Part shown: in pieces, positions 24,046-38,400 of the stretch
How positions within the stretch are numbered: the first letter of the stretch is position 1
How the letters are laid out: each line of letters starts with the position of its first letter
Source: Octopus sinensis
Taxonomy: Eukaryota
Assembly (NCBI RefSeq): GCF_006345805.1
Contig: NC_043022.1
Coordinates: 4,278,001 to 4,342,000, forward strand
DNA length: 64,000 nt
Direction of reading: 5' to 3'
Translations under genes and position numbers: made by a program
Notes under the pieces: generated by a model
What the model was told of the DNA's origin: nothing
Seen by the model: the letters and a program-made list of their open reading frames with translations, nothing else
The model's database searches: none

Positions 24046-24559
24046 AGCACCAACAACAGTTTATGCTCAGCTTTTGTCTTTTACTTATTTAAATCATTAG
24101 ACTGTGGCCATGCTGGAGCACCACAGCCTTGAAGAATTCTTTTAGTCGAATGAATAGACCTCAGTTCTTATTCTGTCCCCTTTTTTTCCTTTTTTTTTTA
24201 TAAAGCCTGGTACCTATTCTATCAGTTTCATTTGCTGAACTGCCAAGTTACAGGGACATAAACACGCCGCAACGTATATGCATTCTCAGAACCCCTTCAG
24301 TCATTAATGGCCATGAGATTGCAACTGGGACTGATTCATTCAACTAAAACTTCTAGAAGGTGGTACCCCAGCATGGTCGCAGTCTAATGACTGAAACAAC
24401 TAAAAGAAACGATATATCTGATGCACTGAAGAAATATGAGCAATTTATTAGGGACCCACGAAGGCCATATGAACCCCACAGTGTATCACAAGGTTAAGCA
24501 ATTAAGGATTTAGACGCAAATTCCAGCAATTAATGTCTTAGGTTTTCTTTTATAGCTGG

Positions 24560-24745
24560 AGAGAAGAAAAGAGAGACAGAGATAGACAAATGGAAAGAGA
24601 GAGAAAGAGAGAGTAGAGATAGAGAAACGGAAAGAGAGAGAAAGAGAGAGGCAGAGATAGACAAACGAAAAGAGAGTGGAAGAGAGAGACAGAGATAGAC
24701 AAACGGAAAGAGAGAGGCAGAGATAGACAAATGGAAAAGAGAGAG
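24560..24745. repeat. Purine-rich minisatellite (CAGAGATAGACAAA[TC]GGAAAGAGAGAG-like)
   Basis: About five imperfect units seen directly. Confidence 0.75.
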
Positions 24746-25429
24746 AGGTGAAGGCAGCTAGGTAAACCTTGTGGAAGAAAAACATGTTTTTGCCTTATTT
24801 TTTGTTTTTTGGTTATTGTAGGCCTCAGGTTCTCCCCGCCACCACACACACATGCCATTCTGCAAGTGAGAGGGGTAAAATGCGTCAAAAGAAACCGATT
24901 GGCGATATTTTATTACAGACTTGCATGGAAATAAAAAATTTAAAAAAAAAAAAGCAGGAGAATTGTTTATATTAGAAATATTTTGTTGCGGCAGGTAAGA
25001 ATAAGTTTTACTGCTGCAGAAACCCCTGGAAACGTGCAGGTGAAGATGGGAGAGGGTCGGGGGGGGGGGTCGATTCTGCTAGAGTACAGAGCACCGGTCT
25101 TTTTTTTTTTTTTTTCTTTTCTCTTCCTCTCTGGAAGTACAAAATCATCAATCAACTGGCAGAAGAAATAAAATCCCAACTTTCAGAAGAAATAGTTCTT
25201 TAAGCAGTCGACTCCAAACACCACCACCACCACCACCACTATTATCACTACTACTACTACTACTGCTACTGCTGCTGCTGCCTGGCACTCCGTCAGTTAT
25301 GACAAGTGTTTCAACAACCGATTCAATCAACAGAACAGTAGGCACACAAAATTAACGTGAAAGTGGCTGAGCACTCCACAGGCTCACTCTGAGAGAGAGA
25401 TTCAGCACAATCCAGAATGTGAAGGGCCT

Positions 25430-25775
25430 CAAAAGGGTGAAAGGTAAAGTGGACCTCGGCTGGATTTGAACTCAGAAAGTAGCAACAGGCAAAATACTGC
25501 TAAGCATTTCGTCTGGCGAGTTAACAATTCTGCCAGCTTGCTGGCTTAATAATTATAGGTTTCAAATTCTGCCACAAGGGCAGCAATCTTGAGGGATGTG
25601 GACAGTCGATCACATCGACCCCAGTATCTGACTGGTACTTAATTTATCAACCCTGAAAGGATGAAAGGCAAAACTGACCTTGGTAGAATTTGAACTCAGA
25701 AAGTGCAGACACGGACAAAGTGTTGTGAAGTATTTTGCCTGGTGTTTTAATGATTCTGCCAGCTTGCCACCCTAA
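25430..25775 (-). mobile_element. Two adjacent older family B SINEs
   Basis: Two GAATTTGAACTCAG / ATTCTGCCAGCT modules in the same orientation. Confidence 0.7.
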
Positions 25776-26384
25776 TGATAATAATACCACCACCACCAAG
25801 ACCAGAGTGAATTCCTTTCCATCAACATCAAACGGTCTAAACTACAGAAGGGGAGGCAATAGTTTATTTGAGAAATTATCATCATTATCTCTCATTATTA
25901 GCTTAATTAGCTGAGCATCAGGAATTAATTTAATTAAAAGTGATTAATTAATACTTAGGGATCACTCTCTTGAAAGATAACATTGCAGTTTACCAAGGCA
26001 AAAGGGTTAACATTTGGTGGGTTCCTTGTTGATGGGACTACACAAGCTTCGCAGTCCCAGCTTGGTTTATTGTTGAATAAACTCCAGAACTGATCAAGGA
26101 GACATTCCAACTGTGACCATTCCATCTTGACGTAATCATATCACCGTCATGATCTTGTCAGGTGACTTACATGGACCAATGCGACTCGTCCGTACTGGAG
26201 GTCCCAGCTGAGTGACGCGGCATCTGGTTTGCGTTTTAATTACATCAGTCTTTCAATAGCTGGATCATTTCATCTGCATAACCCAAGATTACAGATCAGA
26301 GCCGTAGTTCACAAACTGAACTGGTTGAACCTGGCCACGTTGTTCTCTGTTCATCTGCTCAGCATCCAACTGACATTCGACGTC

Positions 26385-26787
26385 CTTTTATCTTTTATTG
26401 ATTTCAGTCATTAGATTGTGGCCATACTGGGGCACCGCCTTGAAGAATTCTTAGTCAAATAAATGAACCCCAGTGTTTTTTTTTTAAGTTAAAGCCTGGT
26501 AGTCGCTCTATTGGTCTGTTCACCAGACCACTAAGTTATGTGGACATAAACACACCAACACCGGTTGTCAAATGGTGGTGAGACACACAAACACACATAT
26601 AGATATATATATACATATACATATATACGACGGGCTTCTTTCAGTTTCCGTCTACCAAATCCACTCACAAGGCTTGGTCGGCCCAGGGCTATAGTAGAAG
26701 ACACTTGCCCAAGGTCCCACGCAGTGGGACTAAACCCGGAACCATGTGGTTGGTAAGCAAGCTACTTACCACACAGCCACTCCTGCG

Positions 26788-26789
<2 letters not shown>
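26385..26789 (-). mobile_element. SINE family A
   Basis: Full-length match; another 5' half follows at about 27005-27165. Confidence 0.85.
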
Positions 26790-26825
<36 letters not shown>

Positions 26826-26840
26826 CATATATGTATATGT

Positions 26841-26878
<38 letters not shown>

Positions 26879-28202
26879 CATACATGATGTCCATCATATA
26901 TACATATATCTATCACATACACACATATATATATCATCATCATCATCATCATATGGATGTTAAATGATGATGATGATATACATATACACACATATATATA
27001 TGATGGTCTTGTTTCAGTTCCCATCTAACAAATCTACCCACAAAGCTTTGGTCAGCCCAAGGCTATAGTAGAAGACACTTGCCCAAGGTGCTAGCCACAC
27101 AGTGGGATAGAACCCAGAGACGTGTGGTTGGGAGGCAAACCTCTTACCACACAGCTACACCTGCACCAGTGATCCAAGAAGATTCATTGACTGAAATAGT
27201 TTGCATCCACCCTGCTGCACCCCATGACTTCAATATACCCTGGCTCACTAGACTATTTGAACCATAGGTGGGGTCCGGGCAAGTGCTTTCACACCAGGTC
27301 AGAGCAGAGTGCGGAACAAGAGAGGCTAAGGGGTGGTTCCACATCACTGAAGCTCCTGATCCAGGGCCTAACCACCAAATACAGTTTAGTATGATTGAAG
27401 AGAAATTTGGCTGCTACTTCTAGCAGGTCCAAGATATTTTAGGTGGCATGAGGATAAAAGTGTCTATGAACATGGAGGAAGGAACATGATTGACTACATG
27501 TGAAGAAAATGGAAGTGAAACTGACATTGCTGGAATTTCGTTGGTGCATGTAGTAACATACATCACAGGTTCCCATTATTATATGAAATACTGGCAACAT
27601 GTAGCAGTAAGGAATTAGCCTATCACAGACACAGAATAATCCTTTCTATTTTAAGCACAAGGCCTGTAATTTGAGGGGAGAGGACTAGTTGATTAGATCG
27701 ACCCCAATGTTTCACTGGTACTTAATTTATCAACCCCGAAAGGATTGAAAGGCAAAGTCTACCTCAGTGAAATTTGAACTCAGAACGTAGTGGCAAATGA
27801 AATACTGCTAAGCATTTCACCCGGCATGCTAACAATTCTACCAGCTCACTGCCTTACAGAGACAGAAATAATGAAAACAAGTAGCAACATGTAGCAACAA
27901 GTAGCAAAATAGGCAAGTGGAAACTATTAGAGGGCAGTGACATGTAGCAGTGTGGACCACAAGAGGCTAGCACAAAAAGACAACATGTAGCAGGATATAG
28001 ACTGTGGGGAAACTGATAAAGGAGATATTGGCTTCAAATTTTGGCACAAGGCCAGCAATTTTGAGGGTGGAGGTTAAACTGATTACATCAACCCCAGTGC
28101 GTATCTGACCTCAAAAGGGTGAAAGGCAAAGTTGACCTTAGTCGATTTATAGCTCAAAATGTAAAGACAGACAAAATGCCGCTAAGCATTTTTCCTAGCA
28201 TG

Positions 28203-28879
28203 GTATGTATTCAGTCTGAATAGGCCAAGACTGAATACATAAACAAGTGCCTGTCCAACAGTGATAGCATCATCCATTCTCTCAACAGTGCGCCCTTAAA
28301 TATGGTTTCTGATTACAAATATCTTGGGTCATACATATCATCATCTGGAAAAGACTTTCTAACTAGAAAGGGTATGGCCTGGTCAGCCTGTAATGACATG
28401 CATAAGATCTGGTCATCAAATCTAAGTAGAGACTTCAAACTTGAAATCTTCAAAGCCACAGTCGAACCAATTCTACTATATGGCTCAGAAACCTGGACGT
28501 TATCAAAGAAGCTTGAGAGGCGGATGGAACCTACACTCGCCTCCTTATGAGAGCTCAAAATCTCTCATGGAAGAGTCATCCAACCAAAATGCAAATATGT
28601 GGGAAACTACCACCTGTGTCATCTCTTGTGAAAGGTAGGAGAGTCCAGTTTGCTGGACATTGTTGTAGAGCTGAAAAAGAGGTAATTTCTACTCTTCTCC
28701 TCTGGAAGCCATCTGCTCGCAATACCAGAGGGCGCACACTCTCCTACCCTGATGTAATCTCCAGGGATACAGGCATCCAGCAACAGGACCTCCGTAATGC
28801 CATGATGGACCGTGAAGTCTGGCGTAGCATGGTAAATTCCATTGTCTCGACCACGGTCGAACAATGATGATGATGATGA
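28203..28879 (+). mobile_element. 5'-truncated RTE-like LINE with (TGA)n tail and candidate 10-bp TSD
   Basis: Translates (with stop/frameshifts) LN..KTEYI...DYKYLGSYI...VEPILLYGSETWTL...FAGHC...DREVWR, typical of the RT C-terminal region; AGCATGGTAT at 28197-28206 and 28879-28888. Confidence 0.88.
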
Positions 28880-29197
28880 GCATGGTATTACAAAGAACAT
28901 GGACAACATGTAGCAAGATGGACCACATGATTCTATTACAGAGAATGACAACATGTAGCAGTGAGGGCCACATTCTTTAGAAACTCATTCCAGGTTCCTA
29001 AACGAACAGGAAATAAAATCTAAGAGTTTTTTCTCTTTCATGGTGAAATGTCAATTCTGTGGTGGGTGGCATTCATGGGATTGGGCAGGGGGTAGAGTTT
29101 GGGATGGGGCGAGAAATGCGAAGGGTCTGGGGTGGAAAGACAGTAACAATGGAATTGAAATAAATAAAACATTGTCATCTCCCCCTCCCACACTGGG

Positions 29198-29574
29198 GAA
29201 GCACTCCGTCGGTTACGACGATGAGGGTTCCGGTTGATCCGAATCAACGGAACAGCCTGCTCGTGAAATTAACATGTAAGTGGCTGAGTACTCCACAGAC
29301 ACGTATACCCTTAACGTAGTTCTCGGGGATATTCAGCGTGACACAGAGAGTGACAAGGCCGGCCCTTTGAAATACAGGTACAACAGAAACAGGAAGAAAG
29401 AGAGAAAGTTGTGGTGAAAGAGTACAGCAGGGATCACCACCATCCCCTGCCGGAGCCTCGTGGAGCTTTAGGTGTTTTCGCTCAATAAACACTCACAATG
29501 CCCAGTCTGGGAATCGAAACCGTAATCCTATGACTGCGAGTCCGCTGCCCGAACCACTGGGCCATTGCGCCTCC
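29198..29574 (-). mobile_element. SINE family C
   Basis: Reverse-complement match to 5769-6124. Confidence 0.9.
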
Positions 29575-30018
29575 CCACACACACACAAACACACATTGAT
29601 CTAGAACAAACAAAATTGTCGTTGAGTAAGAACAAGAAGACTGGAGGACAAAAACCAGACCTGGATAACATTGTTGCTGTTGACGTTGTTTGCCAAGCTC
29701 AGCATCAAAAGCAAAGTGATGAGAAGAAACATAAATCAATGAAGAAAACAAAGTCATTGATTGCACATAACGCAAATCATCCATGCGGAAATCCAAGGGA
29801 GGTGAACCGGGGTGGGGGAAGGAGTGGAGAGGGAATGAAAACTGGGGTGGGGGAAGGAGTAAAGTACGTAGTATCGTTGGTACATGCGATCACTTACACA
29901 TGACCAACACCACCACCACCCCTACACATCCCCTAACCATCCAACCTCACAGAGCACCCCCCCATACCGACTAAGGATCTCTTTACACTGAATGGAACTC
30001 TCTCTCTCTCTCTCTCTC

Positions 30019-30429
30019 TCTTTTACTCTTTTACATGTTTCAGTCATTTTGACTGCGGCCATGCTGGAGCATCGCCTTTAGTTGAGAAAATCGACCCCGG
30101 GACTTATTCTTTGTAAGCCCAGTACTTATTCTATCGGTCTCTTTTGCCGAACCGCTAAGTGACGGGGACGTAAACACACCAGCATCGGTTGTCAAGCAAT
30201 GCTAGGGGGACAAACACAGACACACAAGCACACACACGCATATATATATATATATATATATATATACGACAAGCTTCTTTCAGTTTCCGTCTACCAAATC
30301 CACTCACAAGGCATTGGTCGGCCTGGGGCTATAGCAGAAGACACTTGCCCAAGATGCCACGCAGTGGGACTGAACCCGGAACCATGAGGTTGGTAAGCAA
30401 GCTACTTACCACACAGCCACTCCTGTGCC
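30019..30429 (-). mobile_element. SINE family A, near-consensus
   Basis: Full head, internal (TA)n, tail. Confidence 0.92.
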
Positions 30430-30449
30430 TATTCAGGTACAGTAAATAA

Positions 30450-30812
30450 GCAGGCATGGCTGTGTGGTAAGAAGTTGGCTTTCCAAGCACATCGTTTCAG
30501 GTTCAATCCCAAGTGTCTTCTATTACGACCACAACCAAACACAGCCTTGTAAAGTGGATTTGGTAGATAGAAACTAAACGAAGCCCATCATGTGTGTGTG
30601 TGTGTGTTTGTCTCACACGACCACTTGACAACCAGTGTTGGTTTGTTTACATCTCCATAACTTAGTGGTTCAGCAAAATAGAGTGATAGAATCAGTAACA
30701 CACTTAAAAAGAAGAAGAGAAGTACTGGGGTGAGGGGTCAATTCATTCAACTAAAATTCTTCAAGGTGGTACCCCAGCATGGCCGCAGTCTGATGACCTA
30801 AACAAGTAGTAT
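30450..30812 (+). mobile_element. SINE family A, older copy
   Basis: Diverged full-length match, head-to-head with previous copy. Confidence 0.75.
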
Positions 30813-30946
30813 TAAATAAGTGTATTCCATCTCAACTGACAATGAGAGCCAGGCATGAAAGAATGGAAAGACACTGTTTTGCTAAAGAGAAAACAACAGC
30901 AGGAACAATAGTAACAAGTTCACACACACACACAAACATATATATA

Positions 30947-31344
30947 TACTCTTTTCTCTCTTTTACTTGTTTCAGTCAGTTGACTGCGGCCATGCTGGAG
31001 CACCGCCTTTAGTCGAGCAAATCGACCCCGGGACTTATTCTTTGTAAGCCCAGTACTTATTCTATCAGTCTCTTTTGCCGAACCACTAGGTGACGGGGAC
31101 GTAAATACACCAATATCGGTTGTCAAGCAATGCTAGGGGGACAAACACAGACACACAAACACACACATATATACACATATACGACAAGCTTCTTTCAGTT
31201 TCCGTCTACCAAATCCACTCACAAGGCATTGGTCGGCCCGGGGCTATAGTAGAAGACACTTGCCCAAGATGCCACACAGTGGGACTGAACCCGGAACCAT
31301 GTGGTTGGTTAGCAAGCTACTTACCACACAGCCACTCCTGCGCC
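30947..31344 (-). mobile_element. SINE family A, near-consensus
   Basis: Full-length match. Confidence 0.92.
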
Positions 31345-31682
31345 TATATTTATAGTGTAGAAAATACACCTGAACCTCATTGGTAATGTCTGTAAACACA
31401 GCTGATAATACAGGTGATCTTTGATGTTGGTACATCACGGTCTGATTCGTAACATAAGGTGGTACATCACAGCCTGATTAGTAATGTGAGAGAACATCAA
31501 GGGAAACTTGCAACATATGATAGTACATCATTGCCTGACTAAAACCATTACAGCCTGGCTTACAACACATTTCCCATAGCAAACACTACAACTTTTAAAG
31601 TACTGACCCTGTGTTTTCCGTCTAAAAGAAAAGTATGAGAAAACCTTGTCCTATATATAGTAATGACAATTTGATCACACAG

Positions 31683-31805
31683 ATGGAATATCAACTGGAC
31701 GCTGTAGTTAAGACTGCACAGGAATGGAATACTAACTGGACACTGAACTTGTCTAAAACAACATCTAATACACCATACAATTTGTTGAAGACCCAAATGT
31801 CCTAA
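31683..31805 (+). pseudogene. Possible ancient LINE reverse-transcriptase remnant
   Basis: MEYQLDAVVKTAQEWNTNWTLNLSKT loosely follows the L..l..W...W.l.LN..KT pattern after RT motif 5; weak inference. Confidence 0.25.
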
Positions 31806-32294
31806 AATAATGAGACTTAAAATTGCAATCATTTCTTAAAACTAATCAAACAGGGAAATTACCAGCCAAGAGAGCCTCTAAATGTTTACTCAATCTGCTA
31901 GAAATAACAACTACGTCTTCCTCAAACCATGCTATTTGTTTTGTAAAACATATTAAGATAATGTTGTACGTAGTACACTTTTTCAGAAGAGAAGACAGTA
32001 TGGTCATAGATGGATTGGATTTTGATCCACCATCAAGACTGACCTAGGGCTAAACAACTCATTGGAAAGCTTCTAGATCACCACCACCACCACCGCCAAC
32101 GCTGCTTGCTGTTCAATAAAAGAAAAACTTTGACCACAACACTTTCATATCTAACCTACGTTTCCATATTTGTTCCTTAACCCAGTCCGTGACCCCATAA
32201 ACACTAACCTAGGTATCTATACTTATCTCACGCTAGTTTCTACGACTGATCAACAAACACAAAACGAGGAACCCATCCATATCTGAACCCAGGC

Positions 32295-32518
32295 GAGCTG
32301 GCAGAGACGTTAGCGCACCGGGCGAAATGCTTAGCGGTATTCGCCTGCCGTTACGTTCTGAGTTCAAATTCCGCTGAGGTCGACTTTGCCTTTCATCGTT
32401 TCAGGGTCGATAAATAAAGTACCAGTTTCGCACTGAGGTCGATATAATTGACTTAATCCCTTTGTGTGTCCTTGTTTGTCCCCTCTGTGTTTAGCCCCTT
32501 GTGGGTAGTAAAGAAATA
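32295..32518 (+). mobile_element. SINE family B with 17-bp TSD
   Basis: CATATCTGAACCCAGGC at 32278-32294 and 32519-32535. Confidence 0.95.
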
Positions 32519-32907
32519 CATATCTGAACCCAGGCTCAGTCTGTGACCCATCAGCATCTTTCCACTGCCAAAGAGACAATCAAGAGAGGAATCATGGTTT
32601 ATGAATTTAATTTAATTAAGGTCGTTCATCACCCAAAATATTTGCAGCCTGAAACTATTTTTAGCATAGCAAATTCAAGCAAGGATATGCCCCTGGGCAA
32701 AAAAGCTAGACAACAACAGAAGGTCTCCTATCGATACACCCAGTTGGTCCTCCAACCGTTGTTGCTGGCTTGTGTGTAATTATCACTCAAGACACCATTC
32801 ATCATACCTAAGTCATTTTATGCTGAAAAAAATTGTTCGTAAACTAATTTGCTCATCGTGATGAGAGGCAGTCAAAAACTGAGGTTTCACTGAACTTAAG
32901 CTCACAT

Positions 32908-33310
32908 ACAGGAGTGGCTGTGTGGTAAGTAGCTTGTTTACCAACCACATGGTTCCAGGTACAGTCCCACTGCATGGCACCTTGGGCAAGTGTCTTCTAC
33001 TATAGCCTCGGGCCGACCAAAGCCTTGTGAGTGGATTTGGTAGACGGAAACTGAAAGAAGCCCGTCATATATATGTATATATATATATATATATATATGC
33101 GTGTGTGTATATATGTTTGTTTGTCCCCCTAGCATTGCTTGACAACCGATGCTGGTGTGTTTATGTCCCCGTTACTTTGCGGTTCGGCAAAAGAGACCGA
33201 GAGAATAAGTACTGGGCTTACAAAAGAATAAGTCCCGGGGTCGAGTTGCTCGATTTAAGGCAGTGCTCCAGCATGGCCACAGTCAAATGACTGAAACAAG
33301 TAAAAGAGTA
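32908..33310 (+). mobile_element. SINE family A, near-consensus
   Basis: Full-length match. Confidence 0.92.
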
Positions 33311-33601
33311 TACATACATACACACACTCACTCATAAATAAATACACACACACACACACACACACACGTGTATTGGTTTTAATTTTTGGCACAAGGCCAA
33401 CAATTTCAGGGTGGCATGACTGGTACTTATTTTATCAACCCTGAAAAGGATAAAAGGCAAAGTCAACCCTGGCGGAATTTGAACTCAGAATAGGAAAGAC
33501 AGTCGAAATACCAATAAGCACTCTGCCTGGCATGCTAACGATTCTGCCAGCTTGCTGTGCGTGTCTGTGTCTGTTTAATATGCCTAATCTACATTACATA
33601 T

Positions 33602-33991
33602 TTTTTTGGAAGCACTCCGTCGGTTACGACAAGGGTTCCGGTTGATCCGAATCAACGGAACAGCCTGCTCGTGAAATTAATGTGTAAGTGGCTGAGCACT
33701 CCACAGACACGTGCACCCTTAACGTAGTTCTCGGGGATATTCAGCGTGACACAGAGAGTGACAAGGCCGGCCCTTTGAAATACAGGTACAACAGAAACAG
33801 GAAGTAAGAGTGAGAGAAAGTTGTGGTGAAAGAGTACAGCAGGGATCACCACCATCCCCTGCCGGAGCCTTGTGGAGCTTTTTTAGGTGTTTTCGCTCAA
33901 TAAACACTCACAATGCCCAGTCTGGGAATCGAAACCGCGATCCTACGACCGCGAGTCCGCTGCCCTAACCACCGGGCCATTGCGCCTCCAC
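33602..33991 (-). mobile_element. SINE family C with TSD
   Basis: ACATTACATAT at 33591-33601 and 33990-34000. Confidence 0.92.
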
Positions 33992-34220
33992 ATTACATAT
34001 ATTAATATATTAAATAGACACACACACAACTTTCACCAGCAACGATAAAATGATGGGAAATGGAAGATATTGGGAGAGAGAGAGGGGTGGGGTGGGGGGA
34101 CAGAGTCAAGAAGAGATTAAGAGAAAGATTGCTGAACAGATTAAGGGAGAGGAATTAAAAGACAAGATAGAGGAAGACAGGAAGGCAGGAGGGGGGAGCG
34201 GATATGAATTGAGATCAAAG

Positions 34221-34256
<36 letters not shown>

Positions 34257-34854
34257 ATGTAGAAGTGATGAGGGGGAGATGGAAGGGATTAAAGAAAAGA
34301 GAAAAAGGGCAGAAGATTTAAAAGAAAAGAGCTTAAAGAAGAAAAAAAATTTTCAAATTTAAAAAAAAAATAAAATAAAAAATAAAAGTTAAACCCAACA
34401 TTTTAAATAATGAAGAGAAGAAGAGAGATAAGATGATGATGATGATGATGATGATGAAAGGAGAACAACAATGACATCACATCATCAGAGAAGCAAGGAT
34501 ATCTTAGAAGAAGGATTATAGCAGATTATCACCAAAGACTGGGTATTTGCATTACAGCCTTAATTACATCCCTTAAATACCTGGACGGTTTTACCTTTCG
34601 TTACAAATATGTAACAAATGGGAAAAGTTCAAGAAATATTTCATGGAAGTGTTTTTTGCATTACTGACTGTTTTTTCCTCCTTTTTAATTACAAAGATAC
34701 ATCGAACCAACGATGGGAGATTCTGCACTGACAAGCTTTAACCAATTCCATCGTCATCATCATCATTTAACATCTGCTTTCCATGCTGGCATGAGTCCGA
34801 CAGAAACTGATAAGGACAGGGGCTGCACCAGGATCCGTTGTGCGCTTTTGGCAT

Positions 34855-35251
34855 GTTTCGACTGCGGTCATGCTGGAGCACCGCCTTTTAGTCGAGAAAA
34901 TCGACCCCGGGACTTAATCTTTGTAAGCCCAGTACTTATTCTATCGGTCTCTTTTGCCGAACCGCTAAGTTACGGGGACGTAAACACACAAGCATCGGTT
35001 GTCAAGCGATGCTAGGGGGACAAACACAGACATATATACACACACGCATATCATCATCATCATCATCATCGTTTAGCGTCATATATATACACACACATAT
35101 ATACGACGGGCTTCTTTCAGTTTCCGTCTAACAAATCCATTCACAAGGCTTTGGTCGGCCGAGGCTATAGTAGAAGACACTTGCCCAAGGTGTCACGCAG
35201 TGGGACTGAAACCGGAACCGTGTGGTTCATAAGCAAGTTAGTTACCACACA
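34855..35251 (-). mobile_element. SINE family A
   Basis: Body and head match; both ends slightly truncated. Confidence 0.85.
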
Positions 35252-35459
35252 ACTTTCTTAAGAGAAAGTCCCAGGTTAGTGTGGTGGATAAAGTAGAATA
35301 GCTGATGATGATGGTGGTGATGATTGCAGCAATGACGATGGTGGTAGTTGCGATGGTGGAGGAGACAGAAGAAGCGTGGTGGAGACATAGTAATGGTGAT
35401 GCAAGACTTCAGTGAGAGCTCCACAATCATCTTTATTATATACCATTGTTTTATATCTC

Positions 35460-35537
35460 TCTATACATGTGTTTGTGTATGTATGTATGTGTATATGTGC
35501 GTATATATATATGTGTGTGTGTGCGTCTTTTTGTATG

Positions 35538-35578
<41 letters not shown>

Positions 35579-35692
35579 AAATATGTGTGTGTGTTTGTGT
35601 ATGTATGTATGTATATATTGTGTGTGTGTGTGTGTATATAAATAAATATATATATGTGTGTGTGTGTGTGTGTTTGTGTATGTATGTATGTG

Positions 35693-35740
<48 letters not shown>

Positions 35741-35780
35741 TGTGTGTGTATATATATTTATGAGAGAGAGAGAGAGAATA
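35460..35780. repeat. (GT)n/(TA)n/(GTAT)n compound microsatellite
   Basis: Seen directly. Confidence 0.9.
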
Positions 35781-36021
35781 GGGTGTATGGATGGGTGGAG
35801 GTATGATTGATGGTAATTTCGCGCTGACCCTCCTGACCCCTACCCCCATCCCTAAAAATATGCATAATAGATTAACGCCTGGGATGACAGGGCAAAGCTA
35901 CCAAAATTACTGTCAGATGACGGTGAAAATGGCCAATTAAATTAACCTGCCCTATAATTTCTCTCCCCTGCCAGCAAAAACAGTTCTTTAAGCGGGAAGA
36001 GGGGTGAACTGTACAGGGAAG

Positions 36022-36027
<6 letters not shown>

Positions 36028-36062
<35 letters not shown>

Positions 36063-36113
36063 AGATGAGGTTATTGAGGTGGGTGAGAGAGAGAGACAGA
36101 GAAAGAGAGAGAG

Positions 36114-36154
<41 letters not shown>

Positions 36155-36377
36155 AGTGAAGGTAATGAAGCAAGTGAGAGAAAATTGGTAAGGAGCTAAA
36201 AAATAAAGAAAATATCAGAGAGGAGAGAGAGAGAGAGAGAGAGAGAGACTGTGTGATAGAGAGGGGGGGGAGAGGGGGATAGAAAAAGGGAGAGGAGGAG
36301 GTAAGTGACATAAAATAAGAAAGGAGCTAAAGAAAAAAGAACAAAAAGATCAGTCGGAGTGAGAGAGAGAGAGAGAG

Positions 36378-36408
<31 letters not shown>

Positions 36409-36440
36409 AGAGAGAGAGAGAAAGAAAGAGAGAGAGAGAA

Positions 36441-36470
<30 letters not shown>
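36028..36470. repeat. GA-rich polypurine tracts
   Basis: Several (GA)n runs separated by purine-rich spacers. Confidence 0.9.
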
Positions 36471-36472
<2 letters not shown>

Positions 36473-36952
36473 GTGTTGTGATGTGATCAATGTGTATCCC
36501 CGTAGTAGCCGGGTCAGGGAGATACTGATGGGGGTAACAGACCCCCAGGGAAGGGAAAGTCAGCAGTAAATACCCACAACACAGCTGCAGGCGTGGCTGT
36601 GTGGTAAGAAGTTCGCTTCCCAGCCGCATGGCTTTGGGTTCAGTCCCACTGTATGGTACCTTGCGCATGTACCTTCTACTATAGCTTCCGGCCAACTCAA
36701 AGCCTTCTCAGTAGATTTGGTAGATGGAAACTGAAAGAAGCCTGTCGTTTAGATCAATGCTCCACAACCGGTATGTCATGGCACACTGGTGTGCCATGGA
36801 GCAATGCTTGGTGTGCCGCAGTGTAACCTGAATAGAATTTCTTCCTTATACTTTTAATTATATTTTTAGTTCAGACATGCGGCTGAATTTTCAAAAACAA
36901 TATAAGTAAAAAAAAGCTTGTGGAACACTGGTTTGTGTGTGTGTGTGTGTGT

Positions 36953-36987
<35 letters not shown>

Positions 36988-37760
36988 GACCAGCAGTATT
37001 AGTTTGTTCACATCCCCATAACTTAGTGGTTCAGCAAAAAAGACCAATAGAATACATACGAGACTTAAAAAAGACTGAAACTTCTTCCGGACAGTGCCCC
37101 AGTATGGCCACAGTCCAACAAGTGAAACAAGGTAAAAAGGTAAAAAAATAACATATCTAAGGGTTAGGGTTAGGGTTGACTCACAAGTGCTCCCCCAATT
37201 ATGTGCCCTTCACTCACTCACCCGTTCTCTCACACACATGAAGACAAGCATGCCGAGTTAGACTCATGTCAAAGATACATGGAGCTACATGAACACGTTC
37301 TCTCTACCCAAAATCTTTGATCGTAGCAGACAAAACCCTTCACCAAAGGCATTCCATCCATGACCAGACCGATATCGTACATTTAGACCTCATTTAGCCA
37401 GTATTCTCCCTTCTATTTTTCTGTTTTCGTTTCTACTGTAAATGATAAGGCAAGGTTTAATAGCAGCTTGGCTGCTATTTCTAGCAAGTGAAACAACCAC
37501 AAGTTCAGTGACCCAGAGGATCAAACTAAGTTGAAGGAACACTGACGTACTCAGAGTACCCAGCAGTTGATGGTACAATATATCCAGTTTTCTATTTCAA
37601 AAGCTCATTTACATGTTTGCACTATCAAGGATATACTGGTGCCCTATCCAGAAGAGTCACACCACTTCTTTTCTCTCCAAGGCAGAAAAAAAAAAAAGGA
37701 TCCTGTTCCTTTCAGCAGAATGCAAACCGGTGCCCTATCCAGGAGCAGTGAGTTAGCTAA

Positions 37761-38177
37761 GGCGGCGAGTTGGCAGAAACGTTAGCATGCCGGGCGAAAT
37801 GTGTAGCCGTATTTCGTCTGCTGTTACGTTCTGAGTTCAAATTCCGCCGAGGTCGACTTTGCCTTTCATCCCTTCGGGGTTGATTAAATAAGTACCAGTT
37901 ACGCACTGGGGTCGATATAATCGACTTAATCCGTTTGTCTGTCCTTGTTTGTCCCCTCTGTGTTTAGCCCCTTGTGGGTAGTAAAGAAATAGGTATTTTG
38001 TCTGTCTTTACATTCTGAGTTCAAATTCCGCCGAGGTCGACTTTGCCTTTCATCCTTTCGGGGTCGATAAATTAAGTACCAGTTATGCACTGCAGTCAAT
38101 GTAATCAACTTAATACCTTTGTCTGTCCTTGTTTGTCCCCTCTATGTTTAGCCCCTTGTGGGTAATAAAGAAATAGG
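37761..38177 (+). mobile_element. SINE family B, dimeric copy
   Basis: Second body joined at AAAGAAATAGGTATTTTGTCTG. Confidence 0.9.
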
Positions 38178-38400
38178 CATCACACCACTTCTTTCCTCTC
38201 CAAGATAGAGCAGAGACTGGTTTACACAGTCGCCTGCATATCAGGGTATATAATGTTTTGTTATTCATATAGAGATGGAAGAAAAGGTCCAAACAGAAGA
38301 GGCGTTTGTGTTCATTATAAACAGGGAAGATCTCAAAATAAACCTCATCATTAAAAGAAAAGGAAGGGCACACTGCGTGATGTATTCCTAGAGACATTAT

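Noticed and set aside
26171-26223. CpG-rich 53-nt segment with perfect GTAAGT donor on the minus strand
   Set aside because: Acceptor lacks a polypyrimidine tract; no homology.
37158-37177. Interstitial (TTAGGG)3 telomere-like repeat
   Set aside because: Too short; sits at a SINE tail like other simple repeats.
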